Part shown: positions 33,566-43,719 of the stretch, one piece after another
Numbering within the stretch: position 1 is the first letter of the stretch
Layout: every line of letters starts with the position of its first letter
Assembly: GCA_965223005.1 (NCBI GenBank)
Contig: CBDCVK010000010.1
Span: forward strand, 1,120,001-1,184,000
Length of the DNA stretch: 64,000 bases
Direction of reading: 5' to 3'
From: Terriglobia bacterium
Lineage (GTDB): Bacteria > Acidobacteriota > Terriglobia > JAJPHL01 > JAPKYU01
Notes under the pieces: generated by a model
The model's input: the letters and a program-made list of their open reading frames with translations, nothing else
Told to the model about the DNA's origin: nothing
Databases searched by the model: none
Program-made: the position numbers and the translations under genes

Positions 33566-35272
33566 ATGCGCGTCGCCCTGGCAGCAATCATCGCGCTGCT
33601 GATTCTCCTCTGGCCTCTCGTCTTTCTCTCGGAAGGCATCCCGGGCGGGCTCTCGGAAGGCAGCTCCTGCGGGATTCATTTCGCCGATACCGCCCAGCAG
33701 GCCGGCATTCGGGCCCAGATGGTGTGCGGTGGGCCGGAGAAGAAATGGATTCCGGAGGCCAACGGCAGTGGCGCCGCGTGGCTGGACTACGATCGAGACG
33801 GGTGGATGGATCTGTTGATTGTCAACGGGTCCAGCATGGAGCGACTGCGGAAAGTTGTCTCGGGGAAAGCGCCTCCGCCTGCAAAGCACGGGGTTTATCT
33901 GTACCGCAACCTCGGCGAGGGCCGCTTTGAAGACGTCACAGCACGATCCGGGCTGGCCAATCCCTACTGGGGCACCGGCGCCAACGCCGCCGATTATGAC
34001 AACGATGGCGATCCCGACATCCTGGTCACCACGATCGGGTTGGACCTGCTGTTCCGGAACAATGGCGACGGCACCTTCACCGAGGTGGGCAAGGCCGCTG
34101 GCCTGAGCCGGGCCGTGGCTTGGCACACCGGCAGTGCCTTCGGCGATTACGACAATGATGGCCACCTGGACCTGTACGTGGTTGGCTATGTGGATATCGC
34201 GGCGCTTCTCAAAGCTGACGCGCCACCGGTCTGCCAGTGGAAAGGCCTGCCGGTGTTTTGCGGGCCCATGGGCCTGAAAGGCGAGCGCGATATCCTCTAC
34301 CGCAACAACGGCGACGGAACCTTCACCGATGTCACCCGGCGAGCCGGCGTTGAAGACTCGGGCGCGTTTCAGGGCTTCACGGCGGTTTTTGAGGACTTTA
34401 ACCAGGACGGGCGATTGGACATTTTTGTGGCCAATGACTCGGTCCCGAATTATCTGTATTTGAACCAGGAAAACGGCACTTTCCGGGAATCGGCCCTGGC
34501 GGCCGGTGTCGCGGTGGATGGAGATGGCGCATCCCAAGCGGACATGGGTGTCGCCGTTGGCGACTACGATAGCGACGGCAAAGTGGACCTGCTGACGACC
34601 ACCTTCGAGGACGGTTACTTCCCGCTGTTCAAACAAGGCCCGGCCGGCTTTTTCCTGGACGTTTCCTACCGGGTGGGACTCACCATACCGACGACTCCCC
34701 TTCTCGGCTGGGGATGCGGCTTTTCGGACCTGGATAACGATGGAGACAAGGATCTGTGGTTGGCTAGTGGGCATATCTATCCCGGGATCGAGCGTGTCTC
34801 CCATACCAGCTACTCCCAGCCATTTCTCGTGTTTGAGAACCGCGCGGGCAAGTTTGTCCAGGTGTTCAGTTTTCCCTCCAAGCTCGAGCACTCCCTCCGC
34901 GGCGCCAGTGCCGGGGACTTCGATAACGATGGGAAGACTGATATCGCGCTGCTGCCAGTCAGCGGCTCACCGGTCCTGCTGACAAATCGCACCGCCGGCG
35001 GATCGTCCTGGATCGGCTTCACGCTCAAAGGCAGGCAAAGCAACGGGGAAGCCATCGGTGCGCGCATTCGCCTGGAAGCATGCGGGCAGATCCAGTACGA
35101 CTCGATCCGCAATGCAACCGGCTACCTTTCCCGCGACGACCCACGGCCCCGGTTTGGCCTCGGCGACTGCACCAAGATTGGCAAGGTGGCCGTGACCTGG
35201 CCGCGGGGTCAAGTCCAGGTGCTCACCGATCTGCAGGTCAACCGATATATCAGCCTGGAAGAACCACACTGA
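33566..35272 (+). CDS. Secreted FG-GAP repeat / ASPIC-UnbV (CRTAC1-like) protein
   Basis: Signal peptide, repeated DxDxDGxxD motifs, C-terminal AIGARI...GYLS...FGLG...VTWP. Confidence 0.9.
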   Translation: MRVALAAIIALLILLWPLVFLSEGIPGGLSEGSSCGIHFADTAQQAGIRAQMVCGGPEKKWIPEANGSGAAWLDYDRDGWMDLLIVNGSSMERLRKVVSGKAPPPAKHGVYLYRNLGEGRFEDVTARSGLANPYWGTGANAADYDNDGDPDILVTTIGLDLLFRNNGDGTFTEVGKAAGLSRAVAWHTGSAFGDYDNDGHLDLYVVGYVDIAALLKADAPPVCQWKGLPVFCGPMGLKGERDILYRNNGDGTFTDVTRRAGVEDSGAFQGFTAVFEDFNQDGRLDIFVANDSVPNYLYLNQENGTFRESALAAGVAVDGDGASQADMGVAVGDYDSDGKVDLLTTTFEDGYFPLFKQGPAGFFLDVSYRVGLTIPTTPLLGWGCGFSDLDNDGDKDLWLASGHIYPGIERVSHTSYSQPFLVFENRAGKFVQVFSFPSKLEHSLRGASAGDFDNDGKTDIALLPVSGSPVLLTNRTAGGSSWIGFTLKGRQSNGEAIGARIRLEACGQIQYDSIRNATGYLSRDDPRPRFGLGDCTKIGKVAVTWPRGQVQVLTDLQVNRYISLEEPH

Positions 35273-35418
35273 TTTCCTGCGCTGCACGCTCCCTGCGCGT
35301 GCAGCGCAGCGGTTGGCGCGCCCCGACTCCGGCCCATGTCTGCTTCATGCCTCGAAATCATGGAGATTCCAGTAGCTGGTGGTGTACACTCGCTCCGATT
35401 TCTTCGCAGGAAAACAAT

Positions 35419-36384
35419 TTGAAAATCTTTCTCACTGGCGGAACCGGTCTCGTGGGTAGCAACGTCCTCAAAGTAGCGCGCGAAAAATACGATGTGGAGA
35501 TGGTCGCGTCTCTGTTCCAGCGGCGGCCGGAAGTCGACTGGGGTTGCGAGACGGTCCAGCTGGACCTCGAGGACTTCACCTCAATCCGCAAAGCCGTCGA
35601 GGCTCACAAACCGGATGCTGTGATCCACTGCGCCCAACCCCGAGATGAGGCCGGAATGGAGGTTGACCATGAGTGGAACTGGGCCCTGTTGGTCACAGCC
35701 ACTCGTGTCTTGGCCGAGGTCTGCCGCGATGTGGACGCCAAGCTCATATTTGTCTCGAGCGATTGGATCTTTGGAAATGGCGGCAAGCCGCCCTACCGCG
35801 AGGAAAGCGCACCCTGCCCGGCCTCCTACTTTGGCCTGTTGAAGATGGTCGGCGAGACCGTTGTTTCGACCGTCTGCCCGAACCACGCCGTTGCGCGCAC
35901 CTCGGGGGTCTACGGACCGATGTGGTCCTATCCCAACTACGAGCCCGAAGAAGAGGGATCCGGTTTCGGCTGGCTGCCCAACTACTATGTCTCTCGCTTG
36001 AAGCGAGGCAAACCGGTTGCGGCCTGGACCGACCACATCAACGTGTGGGCGAACCCGTCCTTGGCAAGCGACGTTGCGGATACTTTCTTGACGATCGCGC
36101 ACCAGGACCAACGCGGTACTTTCCATTGTTGTGGTCGGGAGGGAGCTAGCCGGCTAGAGCTGGCGAAGGCGGTTGCCGACGTTTTTGGTTTTGATCAGGA
36201 AATGGTGCGAGCAGCCTCATCCGAAGAAATGGACATCAGAAACATAGCGGGGCCTCCGGCTCCGCGAGACAGCAGGGTAGCCGTAGAGAGCACCGAGGCC
36301 CGGCTCCGACGCACGAACCTGGGGTTCGGCGAGGGGCTCAAACAATACCGGCACCAGCTAGAGGAGATCGGAACTTTAAGCTGA
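35419..36384 (+). CDS. RmlD-like extended SDR (NDP-sugar reductase family)
   Basis: TGGTGLVG, KPDAVIHCA, SSDWIFG, RDSR; TTG start with AGGA RBS. Confidence 0.8.
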   Translation: MKIFLTGGTGLVGSNVLKVAREKYDVEMVASLFQRRPEVDWGCETVQLDLEDFTSIRKAVEAHKPDAVIHCAQPRDEAGMEVDHEWNWALLVTATRVLAEVCRDVDAKLIFVSSDWIFGNGGKPPYREESAPCPASYFGLLKMVGETVVSTVCPNHAVARTSGVYGPMWSYPNYEPEEEGSGFGWLPNYYVSRLKRGKPVAAWTDHINVWANPSLASDVADTFLTIAHQDQRGTFHCCGREGASRLELAKAVADVFGFDQEMVRAASSEEMDIRNIAGPPAPRDSRVAVESTEARLRRTNLGFGEGLKQYRHQLEEIGTLS

Positions 36385-36443
36385 GAAATACTGAGGTCTT
36401 CGGCAGACCGCAAAATAGTTAGACGACTGGAGAAAACTTAACC

Positions 36444-37748
36444 ATGAAAAGCAAATTGGCGAAAGGCAAATTGGCAATCCATGGCGGCAAGCCTACCGTC
36501 CCAGAAGCGCTGAAGAAAAGATGGCCCCATATCACCCAGGAGGACAAGGACGCTGTTCTGGGTGTCCTGGAACGCAACGTCTTCACCGGCGAGGAGCATG
36601 GCCCTGAGACGGCGGCTCTGGAGCGGGAATGGGCCGAGTTCACCGGAAGTAAACATGCCATGGCTTTCAATACCGGCACGGCATCTATCCATACGGCGTT
36701 GTTCGCCGCTGGCGTACGCCCAGGCGATGAGGTCATCACCACCGCCTTCTCTTTCGGCGGAACATTCCAGCCCATTCTCCAGCAACATGCCATCCCCATC
36801 TTTGTGGATATCGACCCCCGCACCTACAACATCGACGCGAGCCAGATAGAGAGCAAGATTACCGACAAGACTAAGGTGCTACTGCCGGTCCACATGCACG
36901 GGCTCCCCGCGGATATGGACGAAATCCTGGCGCTGGCCAAGAAACACAACCTCATCGTGGTCGAGGACGCCTGCCAGGCTCACGGGGCTACCTACAAAGG
37001 GCGGATGGCCGGGACTATTGGCGATATTGGCTGCTTCAGCCTCAACGCAAGTAAGAACCTCCCCGCAGGTGAGGGTGGACTGTTCACTACACAGAAAGAG
37101 GAATTCGTCCAGCGGGCAAAGTTGCTCCGCACGTTTGGCGAGATAGTGGGGCGGGAAAAGGAAAAATTTCGTCCCTACTACTGCCACAGCATCGGTTGGA
37201 ACTACCGCTGCCAGGAGTTGCCGGCCGCCCTAACTCGCAGCCAGTTGAAGCGGTTGCCACACTATAACGCCATAGGCCAGCGCAACGCGCAGTATCTGGA
37301 CAAAGAACTGAGCAAGATCAAGGGGCTGATCCCGCCTCACGTCCCCGCCGACCGCACCACCGTGTACCACAAGTATCGGATCCGCTTCGACCCCAAGGTT
37401 CTGGGTCTGAGCATCCCGGCTACCGAATTTCGAGACAAGCTGGTGGACGCCCTGCGTGCGGAGGGAATGGCTGCCAACCTCTGGCACTACAAGCCGCTGC
37501 CCAGCTATCCCATCTTCCAAAAACTCGATGTGGGACTGGGTGACGGTTATCCTTGGAGCTCTCCTCTCTACGGAAGGAAGATCAGCTACAAGCCGGAAGA
37601 ATATCCACGGGCAACCGAACTCTTGAACATGTCTCTTGTCGTGAATGATGAGCGGAATCCCATCTTTGTCCAAGATATGGAGTTAATGGAGCACTACGTA
37701 GCTGCTTTCCGCAAAGTCTTTGAGAACTTGGATGAGGTGGTGGCCTGA
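36444..37748 (+). CDS. DegT/DnrJ/EryC1/StrS PLP aminotransferase
   Basis: PVHMHG, EDACQAHGA, SLNASKNLPAGEGG, GWNYR. Confidence 0.92.
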   Translation: MKSKLAKGKLAIHGGKPTVPEALKKRWPHITQEDKDAVLGVLERNVFTGEEHGPETAALEREWAEFTGSKHAMAFNTGTASIHTALFAAGVRPGDEVITTAFSFGGTFQPILQQHAIPIFVDIDPRTYNIDASQIESKITDKTKVLLPVHMHGLPADMDEILALAKKHNLIVVEDACQAHGATYKGRMAGTIGDIGCFSLNASKNLPAGEGGLFTTQKEEFVQRAKLLRTFGEIVGREKEKFRPYYCHSIGWNYRCQELPAALTRSQLKRLPHYNAIGQRNAQYLDKELSKIKGLIPPHVPADRTTVYHKYRIRFDPKVLGLSIPATEFRDKLVDALRAEGMAANLWHYKPLPSYPIFQKLDVGLGDGYPWSSPLYGRKISYKPEEYPRATELLNMSLVVNDERNPIFVQDMELMEHYVAAFRKVFENLDEVVA

Positions 37749-37822
37749 CTTCCCGATAAGGCCGTGTTCCTGTCTATCGTAAGCTCGGGCGCGAGGCGCG
37801 CTTCGGGTGGTAATATGGAGAC

Positions 37823-38209
37823 ATGGGACTCAAATTCGCTTCGACGCTGGGTATGCTGCTGCTGGTGCTGGCTGCCGGAGCTGCGGCCCACGAAAAACAT
37901 GCAAAGAAAAACGCCGCGGCGGAGCAGACGATCACCGGCGAGGTCATTGATACCTCCTGCTACCTCCAGCACGGCAACAGTACCGGCGAACCGCATCGCG
38001 CCTGCGCATTGGAATGCGCTAGGCAGGGCGTACCGTTGGGGCTGCTGACCTCTTCCGGAACCATCTACCTCCCGATTGCCATGACCCACAAGGATGCCTA
38101 TAACAAGCCTCTGCTGCCTTACGCTGGCAGGAAGGTCCGCGTCAAAGGACGCGTGCTCATCAAAGGAGGTTTTCGAGGCATCGTGATCAAGTCGGTCGAG
38201 TCGCTCTAA
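37823..38209 (+). CDS. Small exported hypothetical protein (conserved Cys/His, OB-fold-like)
   Basis: Signal peptide; GEVIDTSCY...HRACALEC...G.P.GL. Confidence 0.65.
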   Translation: MGLKFASTLGMLLLVLAAGAAAHEKHAKKNAAAEQTITGEVIDTSCYLQHGNSTGEPHRACALECARQGVPLGLLTSSGTIYLPIAMTHKDAYNKPLLPYAGRKVRVKGRVLIKGGFRGIVIKSVESL

Positions 38210-38291
38210 TAGGCTTCTGAAAGACTCCAAGCTTCGCCAGGCCATCCGGACTTTGCCAAGCCATCCAGACTTTGCAGGATAAGATGGGCCC

Positions 38292-39281
38292 GTGCGGAAA
38301 GTCCTGCTGGACGTGGACACAGGGGTTGACGACGCGCTGGCGTTAATCTTCGCGCTACGCTCACCGGAGTTGGACGTGCGAGCGATCACCACAGTGGCCG
38401 GCAACATCGAGGTGGACAGCGTGCTGCGCAACACGCTGCTGCTGCTGGACGTGCTCCAGGCCCCGCCCATCCCCGTGGCGCGAGGTGCCGATCAGCCGCT
38501 GGTTCGACCCCTGGTCACCGCCGAGGACGTGCATGGCGCCGACGGGTTGGGCAACGCCACTACGGTCTATCCGCCGCCGCGCCGCGGCCCGTGTAACCAA
38601 GACGCGACCGAATTGATCCTCTCCACCATCGCTGCCGAACGCGAGCAGCTCACCCTGGTGGCCACCGGGCCGCTTACCAACCTGGCACGCGCCCTGGAGG
38701 CCGACCCGGCCACCTTTCGCTTGCTGGGAAGACTAGTGGTGATGGGTGGGGCCTTCCGCACCGCAGGCAACACTGGTCCGGCAGCCGAGTTCAACTTCTT
38801 CTGCGATCCGGAAGCGGCCCGAGCGGTGTTTCAAGTGGGGCTGCAAGTAACCCTCGTTCCCCTGGACGTCAGCGAACGCGCCGTGTTGCCGCGCGCCACT
38901 CTGCGCGCGCTCAGTCAGCAACGCGACTCTTCGGTATTCCAGTTTGTCCGCGAATTCACCGTGCTGTGGTTTGACTACCATCGGGAAGTCGCCGGCATGG
39001 AGGGTGGCTACCTGCACGACCCTCTGGCGGTGGCTGCTGCCGCTCTCCCTGACCTGCTCCGTACCGTCCACACTCGCGTCAGCGTGGAGACGGCTGGCGA
39101 GTTCACCGCGGGCATGACGGTGGCCGACTTGCGCGGGCACAAACCGGGGCCGGAGGTGCTGGCGCGCTTCGGCGGCGAGGCGGCTCAGGGCGGACCCTAC
39201 GGGCCTCCGAATGCCCACGTAGCTATGGACGCCGACGTTCCGCGCTTCCTCGATTTATTCTACGAGCGCGTCTGCCGCTAA
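38292..39281 (+). CDS. Inosine/uridine-preferring nucleoside hydrolase
   Basis: DVDTGVDDA, GPLTNLA, MGG, AEFNFFCDPEAA, HDP. Confidence 0.94.
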   Translation: MRKVLLDVDTGVDDALALIFALRSPELDVRAITTVAGNIEVDSVLRNTLLLLDVLQAPPIPVARGADQPLVRPLVTAEDVHGADGLGNATTVYPPPRRGPCNQDATELILSTIAAEREQLTLVATGPLTNLARALEADPATFRLLGRLVVMGGAFRTAGNTGPAAEFNFFCDPEAARAVFQVGLQVTLVPLDVSERAVLPRATLRALSQQRDSSVFQFVREFTVLWFDYHREVAGMEGGYLHDPLAVAAAALPDLLRTVHTRVSVETAGEFTAGMTVADLRGHKPGPEVLARFGGEAAQGGPYGPPNAHVAMDADVPRFLDLFYERVCR

Positions 39282-39318
39282 TTCAAGCCGTGGGGAACAC
39301 AGGGACTGGGATTCAGAT

Positions 39319-41514
39319 TCAGTTCGTGCCTTTACCCTTCTTACGTGTGGTCACCATGGTTTGCTTGCCGGGACTAAGTTGCCAGAGGAGAAAGCCCAGC
39401 TCATCGGCGACGTCTTCAATGGTCTTGCTCACCGGGCGCCCGCCGGAATGGCCGGCCGTGGTCTCGTAGCGCAGCAGCACGGGCCGCTCCGAGCCAGTCG
39501 CCGCCTGAAGCAGCGCCGTCATTTTGCGGGCGTGCAGCGGATCCACGCGCGTGTCTCCATCCCCGGTAACGAACAGCACGGCCGGGTACTTCACGCCCGG
39601 CTTAACCCGGTGGTAAGGCGAGTAGGCGTGCAGGTACTTGAATTGCTCCGACTTGTCTGAGGAGCCATACTCAGAAACCCAGAAGCGGGCCACCAGGAAG
39701 TTTTGGTAGCGCACCATGTCCAGCAGCGGATAGCCGCACACCACGGCCTGGAACAGCTCTGGGCGCTGGGTGAGCGCCGCGCCCACCAGCAGCCCGCCGT
39801 TGCTGCGGCCGCCGATGGCCAACTTTGAGGGCCGCGTGTAGCCGTTGCGGATCAGCCACTCGGCGGCAGAGATGAAGTCGTCGAACACGTTCTGCTTCTT
39901 CTCGAGCATCCCCGCCTTGTGCCACTGCTCGCCAAATTCGCCGCCCCCGCGCAGGTTGGGCAATGCGTAGACGCCGCCATTCTCGGCCCACAGGACGGCG
40001 CTGGCGGAGAACCTCGGGGTACGGCTGATGTTGAACCCCCCGTAGCCGGTCAGCAATGTTGGATTCGACCCGTCGGGCTTGAGCCCCTTGGCGTGCAACA
40101 TAAACATCGGCACCCAGGTCTTATCCTTGGACTGGTACCAGACCTGGCGGAGTTCCAGTTTGTCGCTTTCCACCGGAATCTCGAGGCGCGCCCAGACCTC
40201 GCGCCGTAGTTTCCTGACGTCGTAGCGGTAAATGGTCGAAGGGATATGGAAGGAGCTGAAAGCAAAGAAGGCTTCCCGGCTTTCCCATCGGCCGCCAACC
40301 TCGCTAACGGAACCGACGGCGGGGAACGCAATGTCGGCGGTGTGCTCGCCATCGGGCTCAAAAACTTTCACACGTGACTTGACGTTCTCCAGGTAGTTGA
40401 CAAATACCTTTCCCCCGGCGAGAGAAACATCCTCAATGACCGCATCACTTTCCGGGATGATCTCGCGCCATCTCTCCCGCGCGGGATTTTTCAGCTCAAC
40501 CGCTAGAATCCGCCCCTTGGGTGCCTTCCAGTTGGTGTGCAGGAAGAGCTGTTCGCCACCGAGCTCCCCCCAAAACTTGGCGTCAATATCATTGACTACC
40601 GGCACGATGGGCCCCTGTTGGGCCGTGTCCTGCCCCTGTTGGACCAAGTCCTGGTAGTAAATTTCTGTCCGGAGCGCTGAGGAGCCGTGCACCACGTGAA
40701 TGAGCAGATGGCGCCCATCTTCGGAGAGAGTGGCGAAACTGATCTTTTCCGGCCCGTACCCCTTGCCGAAAATTTCCCGGTCGTCGGCCGGATCTTTCCC
40801 CATTGCGTGGTAGTAGACCCGCGGACCCTCGGCGCCGAAGCGCGTGTAATAAAAGCCGCTGTTGTCGGGCTTTAGTGCAACGCCGAAATAGCGTGCCTTC
40901 GGCAGCCGGTCCCGTAAGTCTTTTCGCGTCTCTACATCGAGCAGCTTGATGGCGATCTCATCCTCGCCGCCCTGCCGGACTCCGTATGCCAGCAGGGTGC
41001 CATCGCGAGAGACCGCCTCCAGATTCACGCTGGTTGTACGATCCGGGCTCATCGGGTGTGGGTCAATCAGCACCTGGTCTTCGCCCTTGAGCCCTTTCCT
41101 CATGTAAATGACAAACAGCTCCTGATCGGCCAGCCGTTTGGAGAAGAAATAGCGCCCGTTTCGCTCCCGGGGCGTGCGAAAGACGTCGACCTTCAGCAGT
41201 TCGGTGAGCCGTTGCATGCGCTGCTGCCTGCCCGGCAGCGAACGCAAGGTGGGTCGAGAGTACTCATTCTGCGCCGCAATCCAGGCGCGCGTCTCCGGGC
41301 TGTTTTGGTTTTCCAGCCAGCGGTAGGGGTCCACCAGCTCGATTCCGTGGAGCACCTCCCGGACGTTATCCCGGCGGGTCTTGGGCGGCTTCTTGAGGTC
41401 AGTCTGCTGCCCCCAGGCCATGTAAGCGAGCAGCACCGCCACAAGCGGCAATAGCCAAAGCTCGATGCCGAGCGAGCAAGCTGGAGCGATTCTCCTTCTG
41501 GCAACCTTGAGCAT
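39319..41514 (-). CDS. Prolyl oligopeptidase (S9A), probably exported
   Basis: DPYRWLE, GYGGF, RGGGEFG, GRSNGGLL, DTRVDP, GH. Confidence 0.95.
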   Translation of the reverse strand: MLKVARRRIAPACSLGIELWLLPLVAVLLAYMAWGQQTDLKKPPKTRRDNVREVLHGIELVDPYRWLENQNSPETRAWIAAQNEYSRPTLRSLPGRQQRMQRLTELLKVDVFRTPRERNGRYFFSKRLADQELFVIYMRKGLKGEDQVLIDPHPMSPDRTTSVNLEAVSRDGTLLAYGVRQGGEDEIAIKLLDVETRKDLRDRLPKARYFGVALKPDNSGFYYTRFGAEGPRVYYHAMGKDPADDREIFGKGYGPEKISFATLSEDGRHLLIHVVHGSSALRTEIYYQDLVQQGQDTAQQGPIVPVVNDIDAKFWGELGGEQLFLHTNWKAPKGRILAVELKNPARERWREIIPESDAVIEDVSLAGGKVFVNYLENVKSRVKVFEPDGEHTADIAFPAVGSVSEVGGRWESREAFFAFSSFHIPSTIYRYDVRKLRREVWARLEIPVESDKLELRQVWYQSKDKTWVPMFMLHAKGLKPDGSNPTLLTGYGGFNISRTPRFSASAVLWAENGGVYALPNLRGGGEFGEQWHKAGMLEKKQNVFDDFISAAEWLIRNGYTRPSKLAIGGRSNGGLLVGAALTQRPELFQAVVCGYPLLDMVRYQNFLVARFWVSEYGSSDKSEQFKYLHAYSPYHRVKPGVKYPAVLFVTGDGDTRVDPLHARKMTALLQAATGSERPVLLRYETTAGHSGGRPVSKTIEDVADELGFLLWQLSPGKQTMVTTRKKGKGTN

Positions 41515-41680
41515 TGCGACTCCGGTTTGGAACGTTTGGTCGGCAAGTAGAGCCTAACAGGCCGCTGGAGAATCGGCTACCTTGTCATTCCGGGCGAAGC
41601 AAGGAATCTGCTCTCAACCTTGGTTGCTTTCTGGCAAGCGGATTCCTCAGGGCCGACGTCCTTTGTCGGCCCAAGGAATA

Positions 41681-42799
41681 TCACGCGGCATTAGACCTAG
41701 GGCGCGCCATGCGGGCCATGTGCAACGTGAGCGGGCGCGGCTTGAGCGTCTCCAGTTGATAGGTGACCGTGCCAGCCGCCTCGGTGCGCACCAGTCGGTA
41801 GATCCCGGGCTCGACCTCAATGGTCTGCCGGCCACTGAGGTGGCGCAGAAAGGCCCGCACTTCCTTTGCAGTCGGCACCTTGTCTGGCACCCGGCCGGCG
41901 CGAATCGCTTCGACCAGGTAGGACTGCAGCAACTTGGCGCGGTAGCGTTCAAACAGCGCAGGGGAGGCGAACAGGTCGGCCCACACGGCCTGCCCATTCA
42001 CCGCGACCACTACCCCAACCGCCTCCCGTGGGATCTGCGGAAGGATCGCGCGGCTACCCCCGACCAGGTGGTCCTGCACTGGCCGAGCCTCCATGGTTCT
42101 GGCGTAGGAGGATTGGGCACGAAGGGCACCCGCGGCTCCCGCACGTCCGGTTGTGGGCGCCGCGGCCAGTGTATCTGCAACCGACTTGTTGGCCTGAGCG
42201 ACCTCGTTCCAGACCTTCTGCTGATCGCGCGCCTCGGTCACCTCGCGCCGCAGCTTCGGGTGCGCCATCGCCTTGGAGGCGGCAAACTGAGCCGACAAGC
42301 CATGCCAACGGCCCGGCTCCACGCAAAAGACACTGAGTGGGATCGGCTCGCTGTGGGGCGGCACGATGCGGTCCCGTCCCACCACGCGGTCCTGCTTGCC
42401 GCCGCGAACCACCTCTCCGGCCAGCAGCAGCAGAGGCCGGTCGGACAGGTTCTGGATGGCCAGCCCACTCACCCGTGCGCGGTCCTGCGGGACTGGACGC
42501 TGACGCTGGTGCCGGCGCTCCAGGGGGCGCACCATGCCAGCCCCGCGCAGGGTACCCAGTTCAGCCACCTTCACCACCCCTTTCGCCAGACCTTCGTCCA
42601 GCGTCAGGTAGAGGGAAGTCTTGGCCCGGCTCCCGTTGGAAACCGGGAAGATGGTGAGGTTGCCCTGCTGGATGGGATCATGGATCTTCAAGTCGGTAGA
42701 GTGCAACGTGGTTGGCTTATTGGCGCCGGCCACCAGAACCAGGCTTACGGTGCCCAGAACGAGACTTACGGCAAGAATTAAAGACAGAGTGCGCCACAT
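41681..42799 (-). CDS. Exported ARPP-1/DUF6569-like protein
   Basis: Signal peptide; LLLAGEVVRGGKQDR, VFCVEPGRW, QQKVW motifs. Confidence 0.7.
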   Translation of the reverse strand: MWRTLSLILAVSLVLGTVSLVLVAGANKPTTLHSTDLKIHDPIQQGNLTIFPVSNGSRAKTSLYLTLDEGLAKGVVKVAELGTLRGAGMVRPLERRHQRQRPVPQDRARVSGLAIQNLSDRPLLLLAGEVVRGGKQDRVVGRDRIVPPHSEPIPLSVFCVEPGRWHGLSAQFAASKAMAHPKLRREVTEARDQQKVWNEVAQANKSVADTLAAAPTTGRAGAAGALRAQSSYARTMEARPVQDHLVGGSRAILPQIPREAVGVVVAVNGQAVWADLFASPALFERYRAKLLQSYLVEAIRAGRVPDKVPTAKEVRAFLRHLSGRQTIEVEPGIYRLVRTEAAGTVTYQLETLKPRPLTLHMARMARPRSNAA

Positions 42800-43347
42800 C
42801 AGTTTTTTCTCTCCTTTGGCAGGTAGACATTAGAGTGACTTCGGCTGCACCGCCGGGAGGACCGATCAGCCAGATGCCCTCTATCCGCTTGAACGGAATT
42901 AGCTACTGTTTCTTGCAGGATTCAATCGCTACCGGGGAGCGATGGTGGTCTACTTCGGCAAACCACGGCAGGGCTCCTCATGAGCCCTTGGGGAGTCGTT
43001 GGGGAGCACTCGGGGAGGTTGCTGAAAAACGCACAGAACCACCGCTGGCCAACGGTCGGCGGCTCGGTAAGTTGTTCAAGCTACAGGGCCGCGGGCCTAA
43101 GTAAGCGGGCCAGGAGGGTCCTAAGCCACGACTTTTCAGTACGTTGGGAACATACTGCACCGCCGGCCTGCATTGCGGTTTTCTCTTGGCGAAACCACCG
43201 TCTCCTGGCATAATCGGGCTGCTGTTTAGGTTGTACTCATCCTGAAGTCGCACAGGGGTGAGGGGCTACAAGCAGCTTTGTGGCTCTTTTCTTTTTGGCG
43301 GTTGGGGATGGCCTGGCAGCGCAAAACTTAGATCAGGAGTTGAAGTA

Positions 43348-43551
43348 GTGAAAGAGAAAGGTATCGTCAAGTGGTTTAACGCTTCGAAAGGCTACGGCTT
43401 TATCCAGCGTTCGTCAGGGGAGGACGTCTTCGTCCATTACACGGCCATTCAAAACGAAGGCTATCGGACGCTGGACGAAGGCGCTGAGGTGGAGTTCGAG
43501 GTGACCCGCGGCCCCAAGGGCTGGCAGGCCGTACAGGTGGTCCAACTTTAA
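43348..43551 (+). CDS. cspA: Cold-shock protein
   Basis: GIVKWFNASKGYGFI, DVFVHY, VEFEV; AGGAG RBS. Confidence 0.95.
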   Translation: MKEKGIVKWFNASKGYGFIQRSSGEDVFVHYTAIQNEGYRTLDEGAEVEFEVTRGPKGWQAVQVVQL

Positions 43552-43584
43552 CCGATCGCCAACAAAACTCAGCTTGAGTGTGGC

Positions 43585-43620
43585 GCGGGCCCCGAGGCTT
43601 TCGGGGCCCGCAATTTTTTT
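43585..43620 (+). terminator. Rho-independent terminator after csp
   Basis: GCGGGCCCCGAG-GCT-TTCGGGGCCCGC hairpin followed by AATTTTTTT. Confidence 0.85.
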
Positions 43621-43719
43621 GGTGCCCGCCCGGGCGTACCACCGTGCTCGCTCGCCGTGCAGCTTTCGTTCGTGGGTCCCTATATAGGCAAAATCCAGGC
43701 GTTCGTGTATAACAGCCCC

